From: Haliotis rubra | Taxonomy: Eukaryota | DNA length: 64,000 bases | Direction of reading: 5' to 3' | NCBI RefSeq assembly: GCF_003918875.1 | Contig: NW_025766336.1 | Coordinates: 992,001-1,056,000 of the forward strand | Shown: piece by piece, positions 36,001-47,712 of the stretch | Position numbering within the stretch: the first letter of the stretch is position 1 | Layout: each line of letters starts with the position of its first letter | Translations under genes and position numbers: made by a program | The notes under the pieces: model-generated | What the model was told of the DNA's origin: nothing | Databases searched by the model: none | The model's input: the letters and a program-made list of their open reading frames with translations, nothing else

Positions 36001-39000
36001 TTTCTTTAATGAGGAGAAAAGTCACATTTCGTTCTTTCCACATTAAATGGTATTACTTCAAGCTTGATATGCGTGCAGTAAGGAAGCAAGTAGATATGAC
36101 ATGCAATACTGACATGAGCGCGTTGACTTTGCAGGCAGCCGCCGGGAATACTAGTACAGAGAGTGCACAAATCGACGAGGAAGTCGTATAGTGTATCCTA
36201 CGATCAAACAGAATACTTGCCTTTTAAAGTACCACTTTCGTCTTTCATCATGTCACAATAAGCTTCTTTGTCTATAAATGAACACGGATAAAGAATATTC
36301 GTTGAAATAAATTTGATTTGATCATACTTATTTCAGAATGTTCCATTATTTTGCCTATCGCTTGTCCCTAAATTCTTCTCAGTTTGAATTTTTACATACA
36401 CCCGTGAAAGCGCTTCCTGAAAATAATTTAACCACGACAGGGGAATCTTCTTATAAAGTCATTTTGGTCAGGATACGCACAGATGTCACTGTTTACTTGT
36501 GGTTCTGACGCTAAAGCACACGCGGGTTGCCCTAGCGACACGCACCTCGCAACTTGTTACAGAAGTCGCTCTATCAGTCCACGCTAAATATGTCATGATT
36601 GTCATTTTTGTTCATTAGCAAAGAATTACATTTTCAGCAAACAGCACATGCACTTGTTTCTTTGCAATACACATCGGGCCATCTATAGAGTGAACGGCAG
36701 GACTTGTCCCAATAGCCAGATGTAGATCGGATATTTCTGCCTCGCTTTGTCTGAACCCAACATGCTCATTCTCCGAAGGTTAATCTGTTATTCTGTTAGT
36801 ATTGTTTGAAAGAGATATGGTTGTATTTGTAAGACAGGCCAAGAGTCATGACAGAAAACAAACCCATATGCAGAGGTGAAGAAGGAAATATACTCTCCCA
36901 AAAAGTGAACGCATAGGCGAATTTTCCCAGAAATAACATGGTGTGTTAAAACCCACTCAATACGATATCGTTTGCAACTAAATCGCACCATAAGAAAGTT
37001 GGATTGTAAGTCATCATAAATACATAAATCAATGAAGCACGTTCAATCACACTGGTGCATAAGTAGGTGTTGTTCTCAGTGCCGACTGTTAAAACAATGT
37101 GCCTCAAAGCTGTTCTGCATCTTCTAGACAAGGGCTGATGACGTCTATGGTTCCGAGTTTGTGGGTTCCTGACCCAGTCGTCCTGCAATGCGTGTACCAG
37201 TTGCTGTTGGCGCGTCTTCTTCTTTCGTCACGGAGTTTTCTGGTTACGAGTCAAGCCACACGCAAACGATTCCGGGTCATTCTTTTCAAACCGGGTATTC
37301 TGCGGGCAACTTCTGTTGCTGGGTCTATCCGTTCCGCAAATGAAGTACCCGACAATAGTGATCCGGGATCTGCCACTTCGGCGCCTGTTTTGTATATCGC
37401 ATCCTACAGATGCAAATGATGATCAAGATGGCTTCTCAACCTCCTGACGTTCGATGGCAATGTTTCCAGTTACAATGTCGAATCGTGGCCTGATTCTTTT
37501 TTATCCCTGGATCACTGGCTGATAAATGCGATGTTGTTTTAATTATTCAGTAATCTGAGATGCAAAGTTTCATTCAACTTTACACAACATGACTTGAAAA
37601 TGCTTCACAGTTAATGCTTTACATGCTAATGATACGTTCTGATGCGCTAAATCATTTCTTTCCAAAAATATATAAATGGGATTTTCCTGGTAAAAATATC
37701 CGTATCATCTATGCGTTTCCCTTGTGGGAGAGTGTGCATCAATAAAACATCTGGGTATCCTTCAGACGCAGTCTAGCACAACATGCATGCAGGTCTGGAG
37801 ATGGTATGTCCTAAAGTTTCACTCAGTATATACCTTACCCTACAACGGATACTAACTTCATGTACTAACATGTGCTCTCTAAATGTAAACCCCGTTAATG
37901 ATGTAAACGGGTGATGTAAAACTCAAACGAATCGGCAGCGCAACATACTATTGAGACTCGAAGACGCCCTGAAAAGGAAGTACCGAGTACCCGTGTTAAT
38001 GTTCTGTTCGGTACCTTTTGGTCAGTTCTCGAATATACAATCACAAGAATGCGTCCACGAGTCACTTCCTCAGTATTTGTAGAGACGTACAATGTTGTAT
38101 CTGAGTGTAACCTTATCCTGTTGATATACGAGCCGTGTAATGACAATTCCCACGAAAGAGCAAACCGCATAGTTTAGAGATCAGCAATACATGGATCATG
38201 GCAAGACATGCGTCTTTAGAGGGGCTGAGGGTGCTGAAGTGTAGCTCCTCACATATTTACCTTGTGCAACTTCTAGCATTTCTCTTTCTGTCTGTGCTAT
38301 CGATGGTTCCTTGAACAAATTGATTGTTATAATATAACATATATTAGTTGGCTTTAAGAATGACTTCAGAAATTCAACCCCAATTTTAATGTAGTTAAAT
38401 AACTGCTTCTGGTTAAATAAGGTATTGCATGTATATTTGTTAAAATAAGTCCAAAAACTTAAAGTGGAGCTCCTTTTAAGAAGGAGCTTTTAACTGCTCA
38501 GTACTGACACCCACTTTTGACGTATGGCATTTCTTTAAGGGCTGAGAACACCACACTTAGGAGTCCGACATTGTAACACCGCAAACATTTGACTGTGTGT
38601 CTTTGAAGTCATTCACCACTAACCTATACCCCTGTTATTTAGATTCATACTCACCGTCACCTTACCTTCAAAGGGACCCGTGATCCGGGTTAGAATTGGT
38701 GTTGAACAACATATACTTGTCGTAAAAGGCGACTAACGGGATCGGTGGTCAGGCTCGCTGACTTGGTTGACACATGTCATCGTAATCGATTAGTTGCGTA
38801 GATCGATTATTTATAGACCGCCTTCATATGGCTGGATTATTGCTGAGTGCGACAAATATCACATACCTACACCAGACAGATCAGACATTAAATGGTCATT
38901 GTTATCATTTCTAATGAATGTTACCCTCAGATTTTCAGAAAGCCGGATGTGTTGAAATTTCAGTGCGATATCTGCTGGTGTGAGACCATCTCTATTTTTG

Positions 39001-41722
39001 ATCTTGCTGGCCAGTTTTCCCACGGGTGTGTCCCGTATGGACGTGCACAACTCCTTCAGTCCAAACCGAGCCGCAACATGCAGTAGCGTTGGTGAATCCT
39101 GTTCTCTTTTGCCTATGAAGCAATTCAAAATCACCAACCGGTCAACATCTATTTGTTCTTGAAAAGACATATAAGTTGAACTTAATTAATTCGCAATTGT
39201 TGTTTTTCATATTCACTCGTGCCCAAAGCATAATACTTAGCTACAATGTGAGTGAAAGGTACATACGTATATTTCCAGATTTTCTCTTAGGAAAAATATA
39301 TCAGTTCTGCCCATTTTAAAAGACTTTCGTTGACGTGGCACTGAATTCCAACAGATCTATTTTAAGGTAGTTATTCAAAACCGAAAACGTTTTTCTTTCT
39401 GCTCATTTTAGCAGCAATATTTCCAATTGATGAGCACATATGGAATTCAATTTATCACTGGATCAAACAAATGATTCAAACGTCTCTCTGACGTCAATAC
39501 CTGCCCGTCGAAAATAATTCCCCACATACAATCTAAGTTACCAGTGTCCAGTGAGATATATCAGTATATATCTACGACGTACATTATACCAGTAGAACAC
39601 ATGATATAAATTTACATTGAAAATAATTCGCTTTAAACAATAGTTGAGTACAGCATATTTCTATAGCCAAATTTAAATACAAGAAGAGTTAACGCCATGG
39701 CAAATGTTTCGTTGTGATAAAAGATATTCCTTTACCTGGTACTTCATGTTCCTCACAATGTAATGTCGTGAAGCTACTGGCACTGCCGAACATGTGGCAC
39801 AGAGTTTGGTCAAGGATCCCAATGTTGCAGTTATTGTCCCCCAACACTGACTGACACAACAGATCCAGGGGCCTATTCACTTCATCCAGGAGGTACTGAA
39901 ACTCGGTCAGCTTAGAGTAGTACACCAACGTTTCCACGCCCGATGGACACCCGTTCACGAACACTTGCACATCCGTCTCGCCCGTGTAAACACCTGCACA
40001 CACAATCTGGCATACCAGTGTACGACTCATACTAATTGTTGATATCAAGAAAAACTACTTAGTCATCAGACATTCAGAAAATCCACACAACGCTCTCGCT
40101 CTCGCAGAATGAAACCTTGAATTCAATCATATCTGTGTGTCTAAACACATGTGTATAATGTTCACCGATAATGTGACGTATGACAAAACCACTTAACGTT
40201 ATAATGCAGAATTGACACCGATATCTAATCCATATTTAACAAATTACTTCAATATTTTCATTTGATTACGGTCAACGCTCTGAATGACTTTAGAGGAAAG
40301 AAGTCTAGAGCTCGACACGAAACGAATGAATGCGTGTCCATACTGCGCACATTTGCTGAAGTCTACACTGATGGTTTCATGATCCCGGACATTTCTTATA
40401 TCATAATTAGCTAATTTGTCACTTTGTCGCTTTGGAAAACTTTAAAAAATCGTGAAATATCAAATTCAGTGTTTCATTGTGAACAATCTAACTTATAGTT
40501 GCATCATCAACAGGTTCACGACGACAAACGCAAATGTTTTGCGGAAAACCTTGTTTGAATATTATGTCCCTGCATGGTGGCCTAATTTGAAGTCGTCGTA
40601 ATAACACATGACAATCATGATACAGATGGAACGCCAGAGGGGCTTGAGAAAACAAGTGTTTTCCCCGTGTACAAATAGATCAGCAAACGTACAGAGAGTC
40701 GGTAATGTATTTTTCAGAAATACGAAACTGCGTCTATACGCATGTATGGTGTATATCATAAAAATGTTTTTGTTTATGTACTACGTTATATTCTAATTGT
40801 CACATTACATTACCCATTACTAAACACTCCTAATCTTGAGAGACACATGCCATCCCAATATATTACTTATTATCTTATTACTTACCCATGGGATTGAAAT
40901 AATATGTGTAAGGGTTGTAGAAAGTTGCAACGATCTTGTCCGACTTGCCCTGCTGTATTTCCACACATCCCCGAGTTTCCCTTGAGAACATCACGTACAC
41001 CTTATCCACATTCTGATAAAATAAACAATGAAGGTAAGATTTATAGTTTGTACAAATACATCTGCAGAATGATTTATGAGACAACAGGAAAACCTATCAC
41101 GTTATCAACGTACTAACAGTTGTATGATGCAATTGGAAGAATTATCACGTCACTCAAAGTCAATGTAATTTGATAATGCTCTCATTTTGCTGAAGTTGCA
41201 CACATAAATTACATACACAAACATGGCGGCTATCAGTACATCTGCTATCGATTTGGAAGATTGCCTCAGCAATTGACCGATGATGTTAAGATGCCCAATA
41301 TACTTTGAAATGCCCAACATTGATTCAGATGAGGAAAGGCGACAGATGGAGGGTTTACTGGAGCCACAGATCGACCACAACGACGAAGTGGAAAACACCT
41401 CTCTCTGGCAACGTTTACGTAGACGTCAATCTTCCTTCAATACCAGCGTCATTCCCTGAACCATCATATACCAATGTCCATCAAACTCTAAAAGAGACGT
41501 CCGAATATCTGGTAAAATCCCTATAGTACAAGCGTCTTCGTGATTTAACTATAATAGCTCACATGAGTGTACAGCAAATATTAGCATATAAATAAACATT
41601 ATTTTCACTCACATTGGTGTACATATGGTCTTTATACATACATCTATAAACATGAGTTTTGTTCATACAGTCATATATGCTGGTTGTTGATACACCTATG
41701 TCCATATTTCCTTCTTTACCTT

Positions 41723-41769
<47 letters not shown>

Positions 41770-44700
41770 TGATCTTCATTCATACGTCTATACACACATT
41801 CCATCGTCATGACTGAAGGTTTCATTCTTTAAGGAGAGTAATCACCGGATCAGGTTAATGCACAGAAATCAATTCTTGTAAATTTGTCATTATTGCTCTA
41901 TATAGTGTCATTGTCACTCCACGACCCTTCAAGTAGGAACAAGGAAAATGCATGCATCAGGTGTGTTTAACTTTACTGTCTTACGACGCAGTTCCCTGTT
42001 TATTCCAACAAATATCCTGTTGCTATGTTACAAGCATTGTCTATGGACTTGTGGTATAATTTGGTGAATGGATCACGCATCTACAGTAATACATACATGT
42101 AGGTGAGAACTCCATCAGACATCGTTTTGTTGGAGTTGGTGTTGGTGCTGATGTTTTTTAACAAAACACTGGTTTTCACAACAAAGTGCATTGACAGAAC
42201 ACAGTTGCTGCGAAAAATACATGTATATTAATTCTGTAAAACAGGCCTAATGCCCAACTTGGAACTTAATAAAGTGAAAATTATCTGAATTAAGTTCTTG
42301 GTTCTCATTTATTGCAATTCTTATTACAATTTCTCGCGTTCTTTGGACTTGTGGCAGCGACTGATTATGAGATAAACATTATATATGACGAGGCGGTACG
42401 TTTTAGGTTCGAGTCGGCGATGTTGGTATGAAAAAAAGTGTTGGTTTTTTGTTTGTTTGTTTGTTTTTGTTTTTTGTTGTATTTTTGTTTTGGTTTTCTG
42501 GGGGAAGGGGGTCGGCAATAAAATTAGAAGGGTCGGTTTGGCTATGAGAAACACGAAAAATAGAAATGTTGCCCTTAATGTCAGCATTATTCCATCCATA
42601 TGGCGGCAGTCTGTATATAATCCAGTCAGGAGTATCGACCTACAACTGGGAAGCGATGTTATGTAGCAACCCAGACAGCTTGCCTGACCACATTCGCCTC
42701 TTACGACAAGCTTGGCCCCATGGGTTCCTGAAGACCAATTCTAATCCGGATATACAGATATGTCAGTACACCGTCACGATTAAACATATAGTAGTGAATT
42801 TTTGTGACATTTTGCCTGATATGTCACACAATCGAACAACATACTATTACTTTTGTATTCAGATGCTAGCTTTGTCACAAGTAAAATCTTTATAGATATA
42901 TTTGTGCATCTTTCTGAACATAACATACACATGTGTTACAGTCTGTGACAAAAAATATCTCATATACTAGCTTGTCAGGTCAGAGCTGGCCACCTTTGGC
43001 CCCACAGTCGTTAGTTGAGCCCAACAGTTTTTTTCAGCTGCCTGATCTATCCATCCATCCCTCACCCGTGAAGGTCCGGGTTAGAATATTGATCTTCAGT
43101 AACCCATGCTTGTCGTAAGAGGCGACTAACGGGATCGGGTGGTCAGGCTCGCTGACTTGGTTGACACATGTCATCGGTTCCCAGTTGCGCAGATCGATGC
43201 TCATGCTATTGATCACTGGATTGTCTGGTCCAGACTCGATTATTTACAGACTGGAATATTGCTGAGTGCGGCGTATGACCCAACTCACACTCACTCCATC
43301 CCTCCCTACCGATTTGGACCATCCTTCCAGATCCAGCAACTACATACTGCAACACCGACAGAACAATTTGCATGTGACAGCTAATGGACTCACCCATGTT
43401 ACAACCGTTGGCATCAGTTTGAAAGTCTTTAGCATGGGAAGCTGGTCATCATTATCCTCCTCGCATAACGTCATGAGCGTCACAAGACATTCACGGAGTG
43501 CTTCTTTGCTGTTTCCGACATCCTTGTGAATCCACATTCCCGCGTCGTCACTCAGTCCACGAACAACCTTTTCAGCTTCAGTTACATCCACATAAAAATA
43601 GAGGACGGCTGTTCGTTCCGTCGACCTGAGCAAGACATCCTGGAGGAATAGTCCCGAAGAAGTGACTCCAGCCAGGAAGGACGGCGAGACGACCACCACA
43701 TTCACTCTGCCTTCTATGCAGTTCGTGGAGGCAGTCTGGTTATTGTTAACCTTACTCATGTCAGCGACATCCACAGTTTCAACAGAACACCCAAACCGTG
43801 TGTCACCAAACCGTTGTTGTATGAACGCAGCCAGGTCCTTCCCATCATGTGCATAGAATATAACAAAGTCTACTCCTGAAATACAAGACAGGAATGCATT
43901 ACATCTGCAAAAACAATACATTTGAATTCCTGACTGAGCTATTGACATATCTTGAAAATATACTTGGTCATATCGTGTATTGATCCCAAAAAGGTCTCAA
44001 GCTGGTACACTAAACATCGACCACATCCTAACACGCACTGGTTTTTGGTCTGACCTTACGTTCACCTGCAGCCAGTTGTCATTTAGTAACGGTGTTCATG
44101 AAGAACGTTTTGTAGGTGCAATTGAAAAGACAACCCACTCTTTAATCGTTTCACGATTAACACGAAAAACAATGTTGAAATGTCGTATTTGTTTCATCAG
44201 GGCGTGATTCCCTATATACCCGGACGGACGTAAGAGGTGAGGTGAGGTGAAATTGGGCTTGAGAATATTTCGCTCATATGACGACGTGCATGCGTGTGTA
44301 TGTGTATGTGCGGCTGCTTGTACTAGCCCAGACTGAAGCTGTTTTTTATAGTGCTAGCCCACTGGGGTACCATGCCGCAGTGAAGCATGAATACCCCACA
44401 CATTATACTGATTCCGAGCCGGCCAGTCCTTGTTGTACCCATTAATGCCGAGCGCCAGGCAGGGACCAACAAGTACCATATTTTAACGTCTTTTGGTATG
44501 ACGCGGTCGGGGATCGAACCCGCGACCTTCCGCTCTCCGGGCGGACGCTCTAACCACTACACCACGGAGGCGGTCGACGGACGTAAGATAAGTCCGGATC
44601 ATCACTTAAGAAACAAGGGCTTTTGGTTCAGCCAATAGCTTGAACATGGGTTGTTTTCAAACTTTGGGAACACCCTCCATGTCTATAGGAGAGTTGCAGT

Positions 44701-46156
44701 ACAAAGTTATGTTTTGATACTATTCATATATCGAGAAATATGAGAAATTGCATCTCTTGAACTCGTCAAACAGTCCCACATCTAATTTGTTAAACCAATA
44801 GCTTTACACTCATTTGACAAATTGTTCTCAGATTTGGATACTGGCTTCTTTGTTTACAGGAAATATGCATGCGACGTTTGATACAGATCTTGTATTTTTG
44901 TCCAGAATAATTATTATTAATTGTGATGAATTTGGGAGTCTCGCTAGGGAATACAGTCAACTCTCGTTAATCTGACACTTGTGGTTTGCAGATTAACGGA
45001 TTAACGAGAATGTCGGATTAATGTATTTGTGTGAAATATCAATGTTTACTAAATGTCATGATCGTCATACTGTTGCATGCATATCAGAAATGGTAGATCT
45101 AGTTATCTTCATCGTATGTCAAAATATTCACAGCAATGAAAAATAACAACAATACATCCTTGTTATCATTTATAAACATTCATAGATGGCATAACATACA
45201 TATATAAGCACATAATCAATCAGTTTCATATCTATTTCATAACCACATTGGCACAAAACTCACGTTTGTTTTCACGTTTGTATCAGTGAGCCTTGCTCAT
45301 ACTATTTGACTTGTTTAGACTAAAGTCTTACTCGAACATATACCAAAGTGAATATGCTTTTCAGTCTCGCTACATGTTTCGGTTTTAAAAATCCCAACAA
45401 CTTTGAATACGTGATTACAACTAAAATCTCCTCAAGAACCAGTGTACGAGAGAGGGTTTTGGCCCATCGTTATATAGGGCAGAGCAGCGTGTTATCATCA
45501 CTTGCAAACATCCGACAAGAGGGGATGTGACGGAGTTACGGGACTCCGGATATGTTGACAATGATGCCGATACAGCAAACGACTCTACCGTACCGGAGGT
45601 TCAATATTCGTCGAAACAATGACTTTGCATGTGTGTTCAACCAGCAAGCATGTCTCCATTGAGGGCAGTTTGAAGGATGTTCCAACAGCATTATCAGTTA
45701 ATATACTGTTGGTTACCATACCTATCCCTATCAGACAAACTGAGAATTATTAGCCAATGTAATAGAACATATATTGCCTTGAATGGGATACACCATAGCT
45801 TGGGTACACACATCATTATTTACCATAGCCTTTCATCTTGTTGGTATAAAGTTATGTGATAACATTTCATATGGGCGTTCTGTCTTTGAGGATATCAATT
45901 TGTTGTCTTATTAAGAATGAAGAAAATAGACAGTTACGGTAATATAAATATACATATTTGTGTGTCTATGCCAGTTCAAACTTCGCTTCGATTAAAATGT
46001 TGAATTGCAAAATTATCGAACCATATATAGGTTTCTTTGCAGTCGTTAAAGACGGCACAGGCATGCATGAAGACGATGTATGTAGTTATGATGGTATGAC
46101 CGAGGATATGTAATGACCTACTGGAGGTATTCTAGAGTCCTACCTTTTCCAGCCAT
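33029..46156 (-). CDS. BCAP/BANK1/Dof (PIK3AP1-like) signalling adaptor: TIR-like domain, DBB domain, ankyrin repeat, tyrosine-motif tail
   Basis: Well-supported exons (minus): 43394-43875 (DFVIFYAHDGKD, TIR-like), 40886-41012 and 39736-39993 (NPYTYYF, LVYYSKL..LCQS; DBB), 38925-39112 (PTLLHVAARFGLKELC..KNRDGLTPADIA). Tentative phase-compatible exons: 46144-46156 (ATG), 38261-38309, 35599-35655, 35224-35276 (YMAM), 33577-33628, 33381-33433, 33029-33169 (stop). Confidence 0.78.
33906..34939 (+). mobile_element. Tc1-family DNA transposon, internally deleted and frameshifted
   Basis: ~28-bp imperfect TIRs (TAGTATGACCAGAAATTATTGAGAATTT / AAATTCTCAGTAATTTCTGGTTGTACTG); TA flanks; HTH with AGRPR; VWGGIS; WPSYIPDLNPIENVW. 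Confidence 0.93.
35795..35965 (+). repeat. Degenerate AT-rich tandem repeat (~30-35 bp, ~5 copies)
   Basis: TAATAATATGATAACC/ATTT(C)TCTCACCTTT units. Confidence 0.7.
37050..37500 (-). mobile_element. Old Tc1 transposase relic
   Basis: Across frameshifts the minus strand gives RRRSGRSR, YCRVLHLRN, ATEVARRIPGLKR and RNRLR, the Tc1 DNA-binding region. Confidence 0.6.
38677..38852 (+). mobile_element. SINE family B copy (internally deleted)
   Basis: ACCCGTGA..CGGGTTAGAA..AAAGGCGACTAACGGGATCGG..GGCTCGCTGACTTGGTTGACACATGTCATCG. Confidence 0.8.
41727..41766 (+). repeat. (CA)n microsatellite
   Basis: About 20 CA units. Confidence 0.97.
43065..43295 (+). mobile_element. SINE family B copy
   Basis: Near-consensus unit; CCATCCCTC duplicated on the flanks. 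Confidence 0.88.
44236..44575 (-). mobile_element. tRNA-derived SINE family C (probable Meta-domain SINE), full length
   Basis: A box TGGTGTAGTGG, B box GGTTCGATCCC, central GTCATACCAAAAGAC..ATGGTAC..CCTGCCTGGCGCTCGGCATTAA, (CACCT)n tail, perfect 13-bp TSD GACGGACGTAAGA at 44223-44235 and 44576-44588. Confidence 0.88.
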
Positions 46157-46744
46157 TCTAGACGTCTTGTTTACCTTCGAATACATCCTGAATGGTAAAA
46201 ACTCTCTTGATCACAAATTCATCGATTATTTCCCAAACGTGAGTTAAATAAAATGACCAACAATGTCATCAGGCCCTGTTGCCAGCTGCGTCAGGCTAGC
46301 TTCTAGGACAAGGGGCGTAACTGCTGGATGTGTAAATAACATGCAGGAAGAAAAATGTGTCTTTGTTTACTTATAATGCTTCAATATCGTGACAATCGTA
46401 GGAACAATTATTAAGCAAGGCAGTTTTCCTTAAATCCTCAAGGAAGCAATGCGTAGAATAGTTCCTGGTTTTAACCTATAACCAATAATGAATCATTTTC
46501 AATTAATAATTTTATTATTTATATTAATAATAGTTACGTGTACAAGCATTGCGCTGTACATAGGTACTGTTTATACTATTGAACTAACGACATATTCATA
46601 TGGATAGGTTGTACGTTAAATTTCGAACCCGGTCTTGCGCAATAACCACGAGCCACGAATGATGTCTACCACACAACTGAAGTGGTTCTCTGGATATATA
46701 TCAACCCCTGCCAATGCCCTATCCAGTGGTACAAATCCCACATA

Positions 46745-46972
46745 NNNNNNNNNNNNNNNNNNNNNNNNNNNNNNNNNNNNNNNNNNNNNNNNNNNNNNNN
46801 NNNNNNNNNNNNNNNNNNNNNNNNNNNNNNNNNNNNNNNNNNNNNNNNNNNNNNNNNNNNNNNNNNNNNNNNNNNNNNNNNNNNNNNNNNNNNNNNNNNN
46901 NNNNNNNNNNNNNNNNNNNNNNNNNNNNNNNNNNNNNNNNNNNNNNNNNNNNNNNNNNNNNNNNNNNNNNNN
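46745..46972. other. Assembly gap (228 N)
   Basis: Run of N. Confidence 1.
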
Positions 46973-47712
46973 TGTGATTATTAGCAAGATGTAAGTTCTT
47001 TAATATGTTATGATGCGACGTTTCGGTAGAGATTCTTACCGAAATCTTACCGTTCGTACCTTTCTTATTATTCGTCAACTTCTAAAATGCCATCAAACAG
47101 ATCATGTAAGTGGGCAGTCCACATAGCCACTCTTTAAGATTGTCTAGGACGTTCAATACATTAAACAACGACACATTATCCCTCTTCGTCACGCAAGGAA
47201 AACGAGGAACTAAACAGTGACTGAACATACTAATTGGACACTATAAAACATGTTACTTAAATGGAATGTCATCCGACTGTGGGAGATGTTACAGGCAGAG
47301 CAAGACATGCGTACATTTGGTGTCAGTGATTTATTCATAAAATTTACATCCAAATTTTGCCTTTTGACTCTCAACTGAATCTGTTTCGGGAGATATAAAT
47401 GAGACTAATTTTTCTACGACGTTGACATTTTGTTTTTTGAGCAACCGTTGTGCAAAACCAGGAAACGTTAAGCGTGCACGTTCAAACATAAGATCGTTAT
47501 AATATTGTGAACGGTTAGGATTTATACCTGCAAACTGATTGTTGTTCTCATCCTGACATCTGATGACATATCTGAGGTTGGTCCATGTATCTATTTCTGA
47601 CCGTTATCTCAAGAGACCACTGGTACAGCCTTGACACCGTGTCATCATGTTGATAACACATCTTGTGGGTGTTGATACATCTAGTATAATCCTTATGAGT
47701 TTCAATACAAAC

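Noticed and set aside
37895-38170. Additional exon(s) of the BCAP-like gene, also 36100-36200, 36660-36790 and 35025-35078
   Set aside because: Splice signals are present, but I could not build a stop-free, phase-consistent chain or recognise a domain.
46616-47078. ORFs spanning N runs (also 58737-59099)
   Set aside because: Artefacts of assembly gaps.
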